Assembly: GCA_951406725.2 (NCBI GenBank) | Contig: OX597823.1 | Location: forward strand, 111,600,001 to 111,664,000 | Length of the DNA stretch: 64,000 bases | Direction of reading: 5' to 3' | From: Octopus vulgaris | Lineage: Eukaryota | In this document: one piece after another, positions 1 to 14,805 of the stretch | How the letters are laid out: every line of letters begins with the position of its first letter | Numbering within the stretch: the stretch's first letter is position 1 | Notes under the pieces: generated by a model | What the model saw: only the letters and a program-made list of their open reading frames with translations | Databases searched by the model: none | What the model was told of the DNA's origin: nothing | Made by a program: the position numbers and the translations under genes

Positions 1-52
1 CTATCTATCTATCTATCTATCTGTCTGTCTCTATCTATTTATCTATCTATCC

Positions 53-84
<32 letters not shown>

Positions 85-157
85 GTCTATCTATTTATAT
101 ATCTATCTATCTATCTATCTATATCTATCAATCTATCTATCTATCTATCTATCTGTC

Positions 158-190
<33 letters not shown>

Positions 191-259
191 TTATCTATCT
201 ATCTATTTATATATCTATCTATCTATATCTATCAATCTATCTATCTATCTATCTATCTA

Positions 260-301
<42 letters not shown>

Positions 302-461
302 AGTCTGGCTGGCTGGCAATCTATCTATTTATCTATCTATCAATCTATCTCTCTCTCTCTCTTTATCTATCTATCTATCAATCTATCTATGTATCAATCT
401 ATCTGTCTCTATCTATCTATCTATCTATCTATCAATCTATCTATGTATCAATCTATCTGTC

Positions 462-506
<45 letters not shown>

Positions 507-590
507 GTATCAATCTATCTGTCTCTATCTATCTATCTATCAATATATCTATGTATCTATCTATCTGTCTCTATCAATCTGTCTATTATT
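1..590. repeat. (CTAT)n/(CTGT)n tetranucleotide microsatellite
   Basis: Directly visible tandem array. Confidence 0.97.
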
Positions 591-2852
591 ATTATAAATG
601 TACACAAGCAGCTTGATTCAGCTCCACATCTTCTTAAGATGTTATGGACACAGAATAGTTTCACATTCTCAGATATTTGAAGGCAGAGTAAAAAAGCATT
701 CAAATGAAATTTGAATTGGCCTCCTGGTGAGAATATTTGAGTCTCCATTGGCCACTTCAGATCAGACCACGTGGATATTGTAACAAGGCTGAGATTCTAA
801 TTTCTTCATTTGGTGCACCACGTGGTAGAAGAGGTTGTGTTAGCATCTGGTAGTTTGTGTTCTGTTGAGGTTGAAGTTTCAGTGATGCTAGTTACCTTGC
901 AACAAGATAATGTGTTTGATGGTATCATGCTTTAATTATATCTTTTATAATATTGCATGCCACAACAGAAACTAAGATGCATCCATAGTTTTCACTCCAC
1001 ACTTCAGCCTGTAACTATTGAAATCACAGCAAATACTCACTGGGGGTGATTCTGTTTCTCAAAGGCTGTGATCATGACAGCCACCTTCAGATACTATACA
1101 GACATAACAACCAATGATTTCAAAGGAAAATCACCACCACATATGCACTCCTTTGGGTGTACAGACGGGAAAGATCAACTCCTTGACTTGCTTCATCTTG
1201 AGACCTAAGGAAATAACTTCCCGTACATCACATGGAGCATATTTGACAGGGCCTCTCCTTACTCCCAAGGAGTTTGTAATTGCTAATCCTGCTTTCATAA
1301 AAAAAACTGCATATACTGCAATAACGTATTGTATCCACCAACAGGAAAACTGAATTATCTTATAGTTATCACCAAAAATATTGCCTTTCAATGAACTTCA
1401 AAACATTGACCAGTGATAACTTGAAATACCAGGCTTTCCCTAGCTGTCCTACATACTGCTGCAGGGCATATAATTCCTGTTTGCCAACTGTGATATATTC
1501 ACTCTTCAGCCTATCACTGGAGCTGTAATAGAAGACATTAGCCCAAGGTGCCAAGCTGTGAGACTGAACCAGGCACTATATGTTTGGGAAGCAAACTTCA
1601 TACCACACTGCTGCTCTGTAGAGATATCTATAATTGCATACATGCATGTGTTTCATATTTCCTACTTTAATCTTTCTCAGATACTTATATTTTTAGGTTC
1701 TTCATTGTGTATATTTTGACTTCCTTGGAAATAAATTTTCAAAAGATATTCTGTCTTATAATTGGTAAAATATAAAAACTTCAAAATGAAAAACAAAAAT
1801 AGCACACGTATTATCAATTAGAAATATCCCAAAATGCCAAATGTGCAATATTAGAAGATAGCTAAATTACATACAAGTAAAAATATCGATGAATACCATA
1901 CAAGATATACAATAACTTTAAAGTGAAAGAGTATATAAATAAATTTTAGAGATATATTTTGCGCTATTAGAAAAAAGAAATATCATTGCTGATTTCTGCA
2001 CAGACTGCTGGACTCATGCTTACATTAAAGAATGCTTTGTGATTTTATTAATTCATTAAGTGCTTGGTGCTTTAAGATCATTTTATAGACATATATGATA
2101 TATCAAAAAGAGGATTGTGAAAATTTTGTTTCAAACTGAGTCTGATAAAATCAACAAATCATTTCTTGAGTATTTTACCATAGATTTAAGGATGGTACTT
2201 CTTTTGAAAAGGAAATTAGCCACAGTAATTTATTTCCAGCCAGGCACTTATCTTGCAAATACATTAATCAATGACCTTCCAGCCATGATCATCACAACAT
2301 TATATTCGTGTACAGCATATCTAGTGCTACATTATTTGAATATGTCCTCTCTTCACATTAAAATATTGAAGTGGAATTTGAAAGACATTTGACTGTTATG
2401 TCTGGCGATCAAGCAGAAGCTATTTTGCTGTCTCTGTGTGAATGTTATTCAAAGGTTTCCGAATAAATATAATGCATGACATGACATCAGCATGAGCATC
2501 AGCATCATCACATTCTACATCACCCTCGCCATCACCTTCACCATCCACATCCTTATGAATACCACAAAGAACAGCATGTTGCAGCTGTAAGGTTTTATTC
2601 TAACATCCTGCAAGACACTTCCTGGCCACATTCACTTTTAACTGTGTGGACTGGAGCAATGTTAAATGAGATGCGTCGCTCAACGGCACAGCAACCCACC
2701 CCTCCTGTCCTGGGAAAATGCACCAATGATTTTATGTACATAAATTCTGCAGGCTAACCATTGGGCCACATATTCATGCCAGATTTTATAACATAGAATG
2801 ACTTTATGTAACCAAATGCTTACCAAAATTATAAAAAGAAATTGCATACAGA

Positions 2853-3274
2853 CATTTCTTATTTCTTTATTGCCCACAAGGGGCTAAACATAGAGGGGAC
2901 AAACAGGGACAGACAAACGGATCAAGTTGATTATATCGACCCCAGTGCATAACTGGTACTTAATTTATCGACCCTAAAAGGATGAAAAGCAAAGTCGACC
3001 TTAGCGGAATTTGAACTCAGAACGTAACGGCAGACAAAATACCTATTCCTTTAATGACCTCAAGGGGCTAAACACAGAGAGGACAAACAAGGACAGACAA
3101 ACGGATGAAGTCGATTACATCGACCCCAGTGCATAACTGTTACTGAATTTGTCGACCCCAAAAGGATGAAGGGCAAAGTCGACCTCTTTGGAATTTGAAC
3201 TCAGAATGTAATGGCAGACAAAATACTGCTAAGCATTTCGCCCGGCATGCTAACATTTCTGCCAGCTCGCCACC
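2853..3274 (-). mobile_element. SINE family B with an internal tandem duplication of its 3' ~180 bp
   Basis: Reverse complement of the GGCGGCGAGCTGGCAGAA head. The GTCGACTTTGCCTTTCATCCTTT...GTCGATAAATTAAGTACCAG block occurs twice. Homologous to copies at 10812, 25027 and 25388. Confidence 0.9.
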
Positions 3275-3969
3275 TTACAGACAGTTCTGGAGGCATCATA
3301 ATATGCATGGTCCTAAACGATGATGATTTATAAGGTTTGATTTCTAAAGTCAATTTGAGTATGTTCCAAAAGAAAATCTTGTCAATGAAAAAAAGAAATT
3401 GGTAGGATATATGTGACTCTGTTATATTACTGGTATATATATCCTGTGAGCTATAGAAAGATGAAAGGCTAAAAAAAAATCAATTCACACAAAAAGAAGA
3501 GGAAGAAGAAATGATAACAAAAATATGCAATAAGAAAAATAATAAAAATAAAATTAAGCAATCATAAAAACGTTGCAATCAATGGTTTGTTTGTTTTTTT
3601 TTCTTATACTTTTGGAAAAATTACAAAACAGAAAATGAAAAAGTATAAAATTAGATAAAAATATGTTATTTATTTAAAAATACAAAAATAATATAAAATA
3701 TAACGATTTTTTTTTCGCTGTTTCGAATCATGAAATATCAAATGCTAACAGATGCAAAATATTAAAGTAGAGGATTACGTATAATCTAATCGTTAAAATT
3801 GGAGATTACATTTCTAAATAACAGCAGATATAATCTACAAACATTTATTTACTGAATGTCATCGCATGAAAGACTGTATTAATACGTAGAGGATTCTATA
3901 ATCATACAACTATATGTTGTATATGCTTCTTTTACTTTATCACATATCTTTCTATCTCTTTCTCCATAT

Positions 3970-4400
<431 letters not shown>

Positions 4401-4913
4401 TGCATATTGTATAATGTGCAATTTGAGTGCATTTTTGTTAGCATGTATTAGTTAAAGAGTACACACACACATACACACATACACATCTTCAAATATTTAT
4501 ATCACTGATTCAGATAAGGTAGCAGCCATCTTCATTTTTTGAAAGCTGTATTTGTGTTTGAATTAGATTTAGCCTTTGTACCTGTTTGCATGTATCTGAG
4601 TATGTATGTTTGAAAATATAAGAAAAATAGTCCATATAAGTGAATGTATATGTATATGTATGTGCAACCAATGTACTTGGTTCCACATCATACCAATTAA
4701 TGTATACAAAAAATATTCATAGATTATCTATTTGGCAATATGTACGTAGCTGTATGTAAAACATGTCTATCTATATCTCTAGCCATCTATCAGTCTGTCA
4801 GTCTGTCTATCTATTAACACACACACATACATATATATGTCATCATCATCATCATCATCATCGTTTAGCGTCCGTTCTCCCTGCTAGCATGGGTTGGACG
4901 GTTCGACCGGGAA

Positions 4914-4950
<37 letters not shown>

Positions 4951-5741
4951 TATGTATGTATATCTGTGTATATTATGTATATTAAATATGTCTATGTATA
5001 CAAGTATATATGTATATGTATGTATACATATATATACTCACCTATTTCAGTTTATCTGAAAGCATGTAAATGTATATATATATTTTTCTCAGTTTTTCTG
5101 TTTAAATATACATATATGAGTATTGATATGCACGCAGGTATGTATGTTTGTTTTTTAGTATGCAGAAATCAGTTTGCAATTATACTCCTCTATCAAAATG
5201 CATGCATTCACATCTGTGCAAGCATGCATATTTAACCACACATATGCACACATATGCACATCTGCACATGGATAAATACCTATACATACAAATATAAATA
5301 AATGTGTAACACATATAGACATATACACATGCATATATATATATATATATACACATATACATATACATACATGCACACATACATACATGAGCATTTATGT
5401 GTATATATATTCATCTATCTATGTGTTAGTAAGGTTGGAACTTGATAAGGGTCTGTTTTGTATTTTTTTTCAAAATGCTGATGATAAACATGATCAGGAT
5501 GATATTGACAATAATGATGTTGATTATGACGATGGTGATGATTTCTGTAATCTCCCATCAGCCATGTCAATATTACATAAACCATCTAAATATTAGATTT
5601 AAAGAGATTTTATAAAATTGACTGATAAAACTTGCTTATTTTCTATATTTTTGCTATTGATTATCATATTTTCAGAAAACTTTGTAGGGGTTTAATTGGG
5701 ATGCAATGTGTGTGTATATATACATATATATATATACATAC

Positions 5742-5817
<76 letters not shown>

Positions 5818-5842
5818 TTGTATATATATATATATGTATATT

Positions 5843-5909
<67 letters not shown>

Positions 5910-6551
5910 ATATGTATACACATATATGTATTTATATAATATATAATTAATGAAAAATAATGTATGTCTCTCTGTCTCCCTACCTCCTCTCTCTCTATAT
6001 ATATATGTGTGTGTGTGTGTAATTTATAAATATATAAAATGTATAAAATATATATATACATACAGACATACCCACATATTTATATGTACATTTATATATG
6101 CATATATATATACATATATATGTAGGTATATAATATATAATAAATGAAAAATAATGTATGTCTATATGTATAATTTATGAATATATAAAATGCATAATAT
6201 ATATATATATACATATGCCCACACCCACACCCACATATTTATATGCACATGTATGTATGCATATATATATATAATATTCACACACAACTACATACATGTG
6301 TGTGTGAGTGTGTGTGTGTGTATGTGTGTGTGGTTTGCTAAGTGTGTTTGTCAGTGTATAATTACATGACTTCATAACTGTAGGTGTATACGTTTGACAG
6401 TGAATGCCTTATTCATTCTACACCAGAATTGGAAGCAGTGTCATAAATGAAAAATTATGGAGTTGTCCTTTGAAGTCCTCTTTTAAGGACCAGGCATCAG
6501 ATTTGAAATCATGTGTATTATTGAGTGTATCTTATATGTGTTTGTGAGTGT

Positions 6552-6920
6552 ATACAAAGGGAAGTCAAAAATTATGTGCACTTTTGCCATAACATATCTT
6601 TATCATAGTCACACTGCCTTCTGCACACGCACGCTTATAGTTGGTACTATTGTGGTCACTTGATCAAAGTTTGTGCCTTATCAGGCTATTTTTCTTTCTG
6701 GCTTTACAGTGTAAGTATGGTCCCTCCACTAGCAATGTGCACCAAAGAAGAACACAGACCAGCAATCCAGTTCCTCTGATCAAAGGTGTGTTAAAGGCTG
6801 AAATTCATCAGAGCTTTTAACACAATATGGGGACAGTGTGCTACTGTGTAGAAGTGAGTATGAATGGACTGAGAAGTTTAAAAGTGGCTGGACAAGCATG
6901 ACACACAAAGAGGGAGCAGT
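6552..6920 (+). mobile_element. mariner DNA transposon 5' remnant (N-terminal HTH region, frameshifted)
   Basis: Degenerate translation MVPPLAMCTKEEHR..IQFL...AEIH...QYGDSVL..RSEYEWTEKFKSGWTSMTHKEGA resembles the mariner transposase N-terminus. A SINE A tail at 6921-7020 truncates it. Confidence 0.75.
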
Positions 6921-7064
6921 AAGTACTAGGCTTACAAAGAATAAGTCCTGGGGTCAATTTGTTCGACTAAAGGCGGTGCTCCAGCATGGCCACAGTCAAA
7001 TGGCTGAAACAAGCAGAAGAAATATATATATATATATATAGACGTAGAGTTAGATAGACAGACG

Positions 7065-7100
<36 letters not shown>

Positions 7101-7103
7101 GGC

Positions 7104-7138
<35 letters not shown>

Positions 7139-7141
7139 TTG

Positions 7142-7172
<31 letters not shown>

Positions 7173-7639
7173 AGTAGGTAGGTAGGTAGGTAGGTAGGTA
7201 GGTAGGTAGGTAGACAGATAGATAGACAGAAGACAGACAGAAAAATATCATCAAATGGGAGCTCCTGTTCAAACGCTTGGTCAAGACTTTGGCTTGAGGA
7301 TAACTTCCTCCTTTCCTTGCCATCAGTTTGGTTGTCCATCTTCCTCTGAATATGTTATAAAAATCCCCAGCATCACATTTTAAAATTCAAATCATAATTT
7401 TGTAATAAGTACATTATTTACATATGCCCATGGGCATATGGCATGAGTGGTGGTGGTGGTGGTGGTTTTGGAAGTAGTAGTAGTAGTTATAGTAGTAGTA
7501 GTAGTAGTTACTTAGCCCTGTATCAACACTGATTGATCAGACCTGAATTTAAATGCATTGCATCGTATGCGTTATTTCTTTATTAGATGTAATTTGTGGG
7601 AGGTTCTGGCTACTGTTTCCAACAAACTAATCATATAGA

Positions 7640-7830
7640 GATTTAGTACCTCATATGCACTAAATCTGAGAAATTTCTGCCAACAGTATAAGTTTCTGAG
7701 GTGTATCACAACATTAAAAAAAATATCAAATAAATAACAGGGAGCTCAGAACGGAACCTTGTTGAATGCAGCTTGAATCACATTTCTTAATATCCAAGTA
7801 ACTTGCTAAGAATGCAAATCTCCAAAACCA
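7640..7830 (-). mobile_element. non-LTR retrotransposon RT fragment
   Basis: The minus strand near 7735-7770 encodes IQQGSVLSSLLF, matching the RT motif G..QGS.LSP.LF. Confidence 0.5.
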
Positions 7831-8243
7831 AACAAGAATTATACATTTTCTTTTCATTTTGTGTAATAATCATTGATTACAGATTTGGAAAAAGACTGTT
7901 TTGCTTCATGGCTTTTTGATATTTGCTTAATAATCACTGATAACAGATTTGGACAAGACTTCACTTGCTTCATGAGTTTCTGAGAAATCAGAGTTGATAT
8001 CAGAACAGTCAATCATATCGAGCAAACAAACTCTTCAAAAACAGAGTGATTGGATACTGCTTTTATATATATATATATATTACTTTTGCGGGTTTTATGG
8101 GTTTTTTTTTGTTTCAGTGGGGAGAGGGAAAAGGTAGAATGAGGGTAGATGTTCATTATGAGTGAGTCAATTCTCTCTCAAATAACAATGAACACTGTAC
8201 TAATGTTTATTGTATGGCTCTCATACATACATACATACATACA

Positions 8244-8277
<34 letters not shown>

Positions 8278-8287
8278 CATACATATA

Positions 8288-8363
<76 letters not shown>

Positions 8364-8364
8364 C

Positions 8365-8402
<38 letters not shown>

Positions 8403-8422
8403 ATGTATATACATATATATAC

Positions 8423-8482
<60 letters not shown>

Positions 8483-9277
8483 ATAGATAGAGAGAGAGAG
8501 AGAGAGAGAGCTATACACACATACAAACAGACACACACACATATATATATAGATATATACAGTATATATAATATAGTCATGCATAAAATGTTCATATGTA
8601 TATATATGTGTATAATGTATGTTTGTATGTGTGTACGTAGTATGTTTCTATGTATGTGTGTATGTAGTATGTTTGTATGTATGTGTGTATGTAGTACACA
8701 GGATTATCATTCAAATGGAACCTCACCGAAACTCTGTTGTAGCTAAACGAAAGAAAAAAAATCTAGAAAATTTGACTTTCCTTGTAAGATACGAGATACA
8801 ATAACATAGAACAATAAAATGAACTGTCCCTAAAAGAAACAAAATAAAACAAAAACAAAAGCACATCAGACAAAGACACAAAACAAAAAAACATTACACA
8901 AGAAAGACAAAAAAAACAAAAACAGCAAGGTTAAAAAAATAAATAAAGTAATTGATTATAAAGAGAAATTATTTTTTATTTTATTTTGTAAAGTCTAGAA
9001 TCAATAATCTTTTTAACTATAGTTTTGTTGTTGTTATTGTTGTTATTGTTGTTATAACTGTTGTTGTCTTGAAAGGTTTTTAAAACATCTTTTACAGAAA
9101 AGTAACACAAGCACAAAGATAAGACAAGAAGGCGGACTGAAAAAATGGCAGAGGGACCGAGTATTCCATTTCATTCTCTACCACATCCAGCCACCAAGTA
9201 ACAATAAGTATATATATAATATAATATAATGATAATATAATATAATATAATATAATATAATATAATATAATATAATA

Positions 9278-9317
<40 letters not shown>

Positions 9318-9375
9318 CATATATGTATATATATATATATATATGTATGCATATATGTATATATGTATATATGTG

Positions 9376-9407
<32 letters not shown>

Positions 9408-9420
9408 TACATATATATAC

Positions 9421-9492
<72 letters not shown>

Positions 9493-9854
9493 TTTTTCAT
9501 ATATATTTATACAAATATATACACACCCATGTTTATGTATGTATATAACGACATGAAAGAATAACAAAAACAGCTATGAGAGCTGCAACAAGAAAGACTT
9601 GTATTTTCAAAAATTCTGACAAAGGTATTTTTGTTAAGAAAGTGTTGCATCTTTTGTTGATGGTAAAATTGAATTTCTTCATACATTAAGGCTGGATTTT
9701 GGCTCTTTCTTTACCAAAACCTACTCAACCTTTTCTATTTTGAAGTAAAAGTAAAAAAAAAAAAAAAATGTCCATAATAATAAATTATATAGATTAATCA
9801 AAATCAGGATGAATAACAAATAGAAAAAAATAAATAAGAAAAATTTAATGAAGA

Positions 9855-9901
<47 letters not shown>

Positions 9902-10089
9902 GAGGAGGAGGAGGACGACGACGACGACGATGATGATGATGATGATGACAATGCTAACAATGCAAGGATGATGATAAACATTATTTTTAACACAAAATCA
10001 TGAGAATCAGACTGCAAACAACATATTAACTATATTCTTTTAAAAATTATTAATATTAATACTTTTATCATCGTCCTCATTGTCGTCGC

Positions 10090-10129
<40 letters not shown>

Positions 10130-10166
10130 GTCATCGTCATCGTCATCATCATCCTCATCATTAGTT

Positions 10167-10612
10167 AGGTGGTGAGCTGGTTGGATCTTTAGGCACTATG
10201 GACCAAATGCATGGTGGTATTTCATTTGTTTCTATATTCTGAGTTCAAATTCCACCAAGGGTGACTTTGCATTTCATTCTTTTGGGGTCATTAACCCTTT
10301 TTATTACCAACCCGGCTGAAACCAGCTCTGGTTCTGTAATACAAATGTTTTGTTTATATAAGTTTTGAATTAAAATCTTCCACCAAACCTTAGTCACAGT
10401 TTATGTTCCTAACACTTGCTGAATGATAACTAAGTTATTTTACTAATTTCTTCGTTATTTCTTTGTTATTAATTAAAAGAAACAGAGAGCATCTCGAAAT
10501 AAATACAGTAAGAAAAGGGTTAAAATAAGTGGCAGTCAAATACTAAAGTCAAAGTAGTTAACTAGCCCTCCCCCATAAAATTTCAGGCTTTGTATCTATA
10601 GAAGATAGGGTT
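10167..10612 (+). mobile_element. diverged SINE family B copy, interrupted by a piggyBac-type MITE
   Basis: GGTGGTGAGCTGG head and GAGTTCAAATTCC B-box-like motif. The body resumes after 10523. Confidence 0.75.
10295..10519. mobile_element. piggyBac-type MITE
   Basis: TTAA|CCCTTTT ... AAAAGGG|TTAA: TTAA duplication at 10291-10294 and 10520-10523, with CCC/GGG termini and short TIRs. Confidence 0.85.
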
Positions 10613-10636
10613 ATTATTATTATTCTTTTAACTCAA

Positions 10637-10700
<64 letters not shown>

Positions 10701-10811
10701 TTCTTTTAACTCAAGACTCCTAGAGTCTTGCATAAGTAGTGGGACTGTTACTTAAAGCCTATAGTACCATGCTATTCATTCTCTTCCACTATCTAATAGT
10801 TTCTTGAGTAA

Positions 10812-11042
10812 GGCAGCGAGCTGGCAGAAATGTTAGCATGCCGGGTGAAGTGCCTAGCGGTAATTCATCTGCCATTACGCTCTGAGTTCAAATTCCGCCA
10901 AGGTCGACTTTGCCTTTCATCCTTTCAGGGTCGATAAATTAAGTACCAGTTATACACCGGCGTCGATGTAATCGTCTTAATCCCTTTGTCTGTCCTTGTT
11001 TGTCCTGTCTGTGTTTAGCCCCTTGTGAGTAATAAAGAAATA
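10812..11042 (+). mobile_element. SINE family B, full length, 10-bp TSD
   Basis: AGTTTCTTGA is duplicated at 10798-10807 and 11043-11052. Confidence 0.92.
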
Positions 11043-11515
11043 AGTTTCTTGATGATTCTGGCTGTTCCAAGGGGGCAAATTTTTGCAACAGCTCTCCGGG
11101 GCACTCTGTTCCTATTTCTTTTATATTTCTCTCAATAACTTTTGAATGCTGTCCCCACAGCCTCAACAATAACTGGCACTGTCTTCACCTTTTTCACTTT
11201 CTATAGTCGAGCTATGTTGTATTCAAGAGGACTGTATATGTCCTTCTTAACTATTTGCAGGTCAAAAGAGCACACAACAGTATTTATAGGGCAAGATATA
11301 GTTCATCTTGTCCACCACCTCTTGGTCTGGTTTCTTGTGTTCAAGCACCTGATCCATTTGGATTGGAATTTCCCACAGGATTTTGCAAGTCTCTGACTCA
11401 GTCACTCTCTGTGGTCTGTGTTTGTATCACGTCTTGCCTCTCACTAACCCACACTTTCCATACAGTTGCCAATGTGGCACTTTTGCTACCTCCTCCTCCT
11501 CCTCCTCCTCCTCCT

Positions 11516-11695
11516 CACCATCATCATCATTTAACATCCATTTTCTGTGCTAGCACAGGTTGGACATTTCGACTGGGGTCTGTGAATCCGAGAGGCTGCA
11601 CCAGGCTCCAGTCTGATCTGGCAGTGTTTCCTAATGCCCCTCCTAACGCCAACCACTCCATGAGTGTAGTGGGTGTTTTTGCGTGCCACCAGTGG
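11516..11695 (-). mobile_element. SINE family C 3' part (RTE-like (GAT)n tail)
   Basis: Reverse complement of GAGTGGTTGGCGTTAGG...GCTAGCA..GAAAA..GA.GTTAAATGATGATG. Confidence 0.8.
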
Positions 11696-12759
11696 TCAAA
11701 ATTTATATTGATTTAAAGCAAGTTGATGGTATTCATTCACAATATGGGCAACAGTTTTTCAAATCCATTACAAATTTGACCCAATGGAGACACTTTCTTA
11801 TTTCTAAGGTTGACCCTCTGATTTGTGACCAAAGTTTGGCTTTGAACTGCAAGTACAATACTCTCAGTCTCCTTTTTAAGTGTTCAGTTCTTTAACCGGT
11901 TCCACCACTTGTTCTCCAGCAACTTCAGCTGTGGCCAGATGGAACTGGTTGTGTTGCCCCTTGCTGAAAATTCCTTCTGATACTTCTTTCCTTTTTCCTG
12001 CTTTTTCCAATCATCATGACTACCACCACCACCACCACCACTGCCACCACCGCCGCCACTGCCATCGTCGTCATCATCATCAGGAACATTATCACTATCA
12101 CACTGTGGTAAGGAAATATTTGCTTTTTTGTTTTTGCCTTTGTCTTTTGGTCTGTAAATGTTATTTCCTACTTGCTTCTGTCTAGAAATCAAAGGAAATG
12201 ACGATTTTTCCCCTCCAAACTTTGCTTTTGTGACCTGTATCATTTCTAGTTGTCTCAGCTCTCACCAATTGACTGTAGGATATTCAAAGCTGACAGGGTC
12301 CAACAGTAGCATCACTCCTCTGAATGTTCTTTGCTATAATCCTTATATGGCAGCATCCCACGAGGCAACATGATGACCACAGAAAACATGGAAGTGTTTT
12401 CCTGATCATTAAAACAATGTGTATCCTTGGCCTTTAAGCTCCTACATGACCTGCCCTGATCAGCAAAAAAAAAAAATATGCTTTCATATATCACTTAGTC
12501 ACCAAGTTAGGAGGAATACGGTACAGTCTTACAAAAACAGTGATATGGTCATTTATAAAAGAAATGAGCGTGATAGATGACTTAGTCTAGGAACTGTCAA
12601 TAGGCTAAGACAAGCAAACGAAGTTGACCAAGCAAGAGACTCAGAGCACAATTCTTCAGGCGAGGAAAATGTAATGATTCTCTCATCCTCAAATATTGAC
12701 GTGAACAAGGTAAAAATAGGAAACCTCAAAGCTGGAATCATAATCAGTTTTATGTTCAG

Positions 12760-14217
12760 GCCCTTGACCAAGGTCAACACAAAATATCCGCAAAATGGAT
12801 TTATGCAAAGAAAATGTTGAATGACAAACAAATTTGTAAAGCAGAACTTGTAGTAAGAGACTTTCAAAACAGAGATGCTTGTAATACCAGAAGTGACCCT
12901 CCCCCCCACATGTTTATAAAAGGGGCTACATACAGCATTAACAATTATGGCATCTCAGAGTTGGATATACAAATCAATGGATATTAAAACTGCCTTCTTA
13001 CAAAGAAAGCCATGATACAGACTAGTTTACCCAGACATTCCAGGTAAACTAATTTGGCCAATGTACCTCCAGATTATATATGGAAATTTTCAATATGTGA
13101 ATATGGCTTGACTGATACTTCAAGGTCCTGGCATCTAACAATCAGAGAGGAATTAATTGAGTTGTGGTCAGTAGCATCAAAATACGATCTGGCAATATTT
13201 ACATGATGCTGTAGAAACAAACTGCATGGTAGTGTTGCTACATGTGTGGATGACTTCTGCTTTCCAGATTCAATGATCATTCAGACTCAACTAATAGATA
13301 GGCACCATAAATGATTTAAAGTTAAGTCTGAGGATTAGAAATGAAAATGAATGGGAAAAAATATTAAACTCGGACAAGATGAATATGTAAAAAAAACAAT
13401 TGAAATATTAGAAATATTAAATTTCTAAATATCTCAGAGAAATATGTACGGTGGTGGAGCAATAGAGTGGTTGTATACTGTCAACTTAATGTGACAGTCC
13501 CGTAAAGGGAATTACACCACCACTATTTAGCCCTAGGAAGCATCGACGCTTCCTGTTGGCCTTGACACATTTCCTGTGTTCTTATATATTTACGAAGGCC
13601 TAGCTGTTGGGGGTTCTTGTCTCCCCTTCATAAATATATAAGGACACAGGAAATGTGTCAAGGCCGACAGGAAGCGTCGATGCTTCCTGGGGCTAAATAG
13701 CAGTGGTGTGATTCCCTTTATGGGACTGTCACGTTAAGTTGACAGTATACAACCACTCAATTGAAATATATTCCAATTGAAACTAATAGAAAATTAGAAA
13801 ATCAAAATTTCAAAAAGAGATTCTATAGAAATTGCAAAAATGAGAGGCCAAGTAAATTGGTTAGCCACACAAAGTAGACCAAAGATTTATGTTATGATAT
13901 TAATGAATTAGATTCTATTCTAAAATATAGAAATATGGAGTGCATTAAAGAAATTAACAAAACAGTAAAGAAAGTTAGTAAAATCTCAAATAGGTATTCT
14001 AGAATTAGGAAATTTTGATTGTTTACAGATAATGGTTTATAGTGATGCTACATTCACTAATTTGGAAGATAGTAGGGGAGTGGGTCACCAGGAGGTTGAA
14101 TGGTCCTTTTGGTTGGTGACAACAGTAATTATATGCTTTTGGCTTGACAATCTAAGCATATTAGAAGAGATGTCAAAAGCATTATAGCTGCAGAAACCTT
14201 GGCAATGGTTGACATGT
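12760..14217 (+). mobile_element. Ty1/copia LTR-retrotransposon RT and RNase H remnant
   Basis: Degenerate motifs in the expected order: KAELVVRDF, SMDIKTAFLQ, YGLTDTSRSW, CVDDF, VNWLATQSRP, VYSDATFTNLED, SKHIRRDVKSIIAAETLA. Many stops and frameshifts. Confidence 0.85.
13465..13758. mobile_element. foldback MITE with ~134-bp inverted arms and a 26-bp spacer
   Basis: 13465-13598 is a near-perfect reverse complement of 13625-13758. It is inserted in the copia remnant. Confidence 0.88.
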
Positions 14218-14637
14218 TACTCTTTACTCTACTCTTTTACTCTTTTACTTGTTTCAGTCATTTGACTGCGGCCATGCTGGAGCACCGCCTTTAGTCAAGC
14301 AAATTGACCCCGGGACTTATTCTTTGTAAGCCCAGTACTTATTCTATCGGTCTCTTTTGCCGAACCGCTAATTGACGGGGACATAAACACACCAGTATCG
14401 GTTGTCAAGCAATGTTGGGGGGACAAATACAGACACACAAACACACACATGCATATATATATATACATATATACGACGGGCTTCTTTCAGTTTCCATCTA
14501 CCAAATCCACTCACAAGGCTTTGGTCGGCCTGAGGCTATAGTAAAAGACACTTGCCCAAGGTGCCACGCAGTGGGACTGAAACCGGAACCATGTGGCTGG
14601 TAAACAAGCTACTTACCACACAGCCACTCCTGCGCCT
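14218..14637 (-). mobile_element. SINE family A, full length
   Basis: GGCGCAGGAGTGGCTGTGTGG tRNA-like head, CCTTGGGCAAG core, internal (TA)/(TG) tract and (AAGAGTA)n tail. Confidence 0.93.
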
Positions 14638-14805
14638 ACATTCACTAATTTGGAAGATAGTAGGGGAGTGGGTCACCAGGAGGTTGAATGGTCCTTTTGG
14701 TTGGTGACAACAGTAATTATATGCTTTTGGCATGACAATCTAAGCATATTAGAAGAGATGTCAAAAGCATTATAGCTGCAGAAACCTTGGCAATGGTTGA
14801 CATGT

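Larger units (their letters stand above)
10690..12460 (-). mobile_element. decayed R4/Dong-type RLE LINE 3' region with (AAT)n tail, split by SINE insertions
   Basis: Minus-strand fragments WWNRLKN..LKKETESIVLAVQSQ, VKTVPVIV..VG and ELLQKFA..GTARIIKKL. The (TTA)n tract at ~10610-10700 is the tail. The architecture matches 50485-52122. Confidence 0.75.

Noticed and set aside
790-1100. Minus-strand terminal exon candidates (VTSITETST...WCTK*)
   Set aside because: The phases of adjacent candidate exons are incompatible and there is no recognisable homology.
7245-7385. Plus-strand frame containing DFGL (kinase motif)
   Set aside because: The surrounding residues do not fit kinase subdomains VIb-VIII, so it is likely chance.
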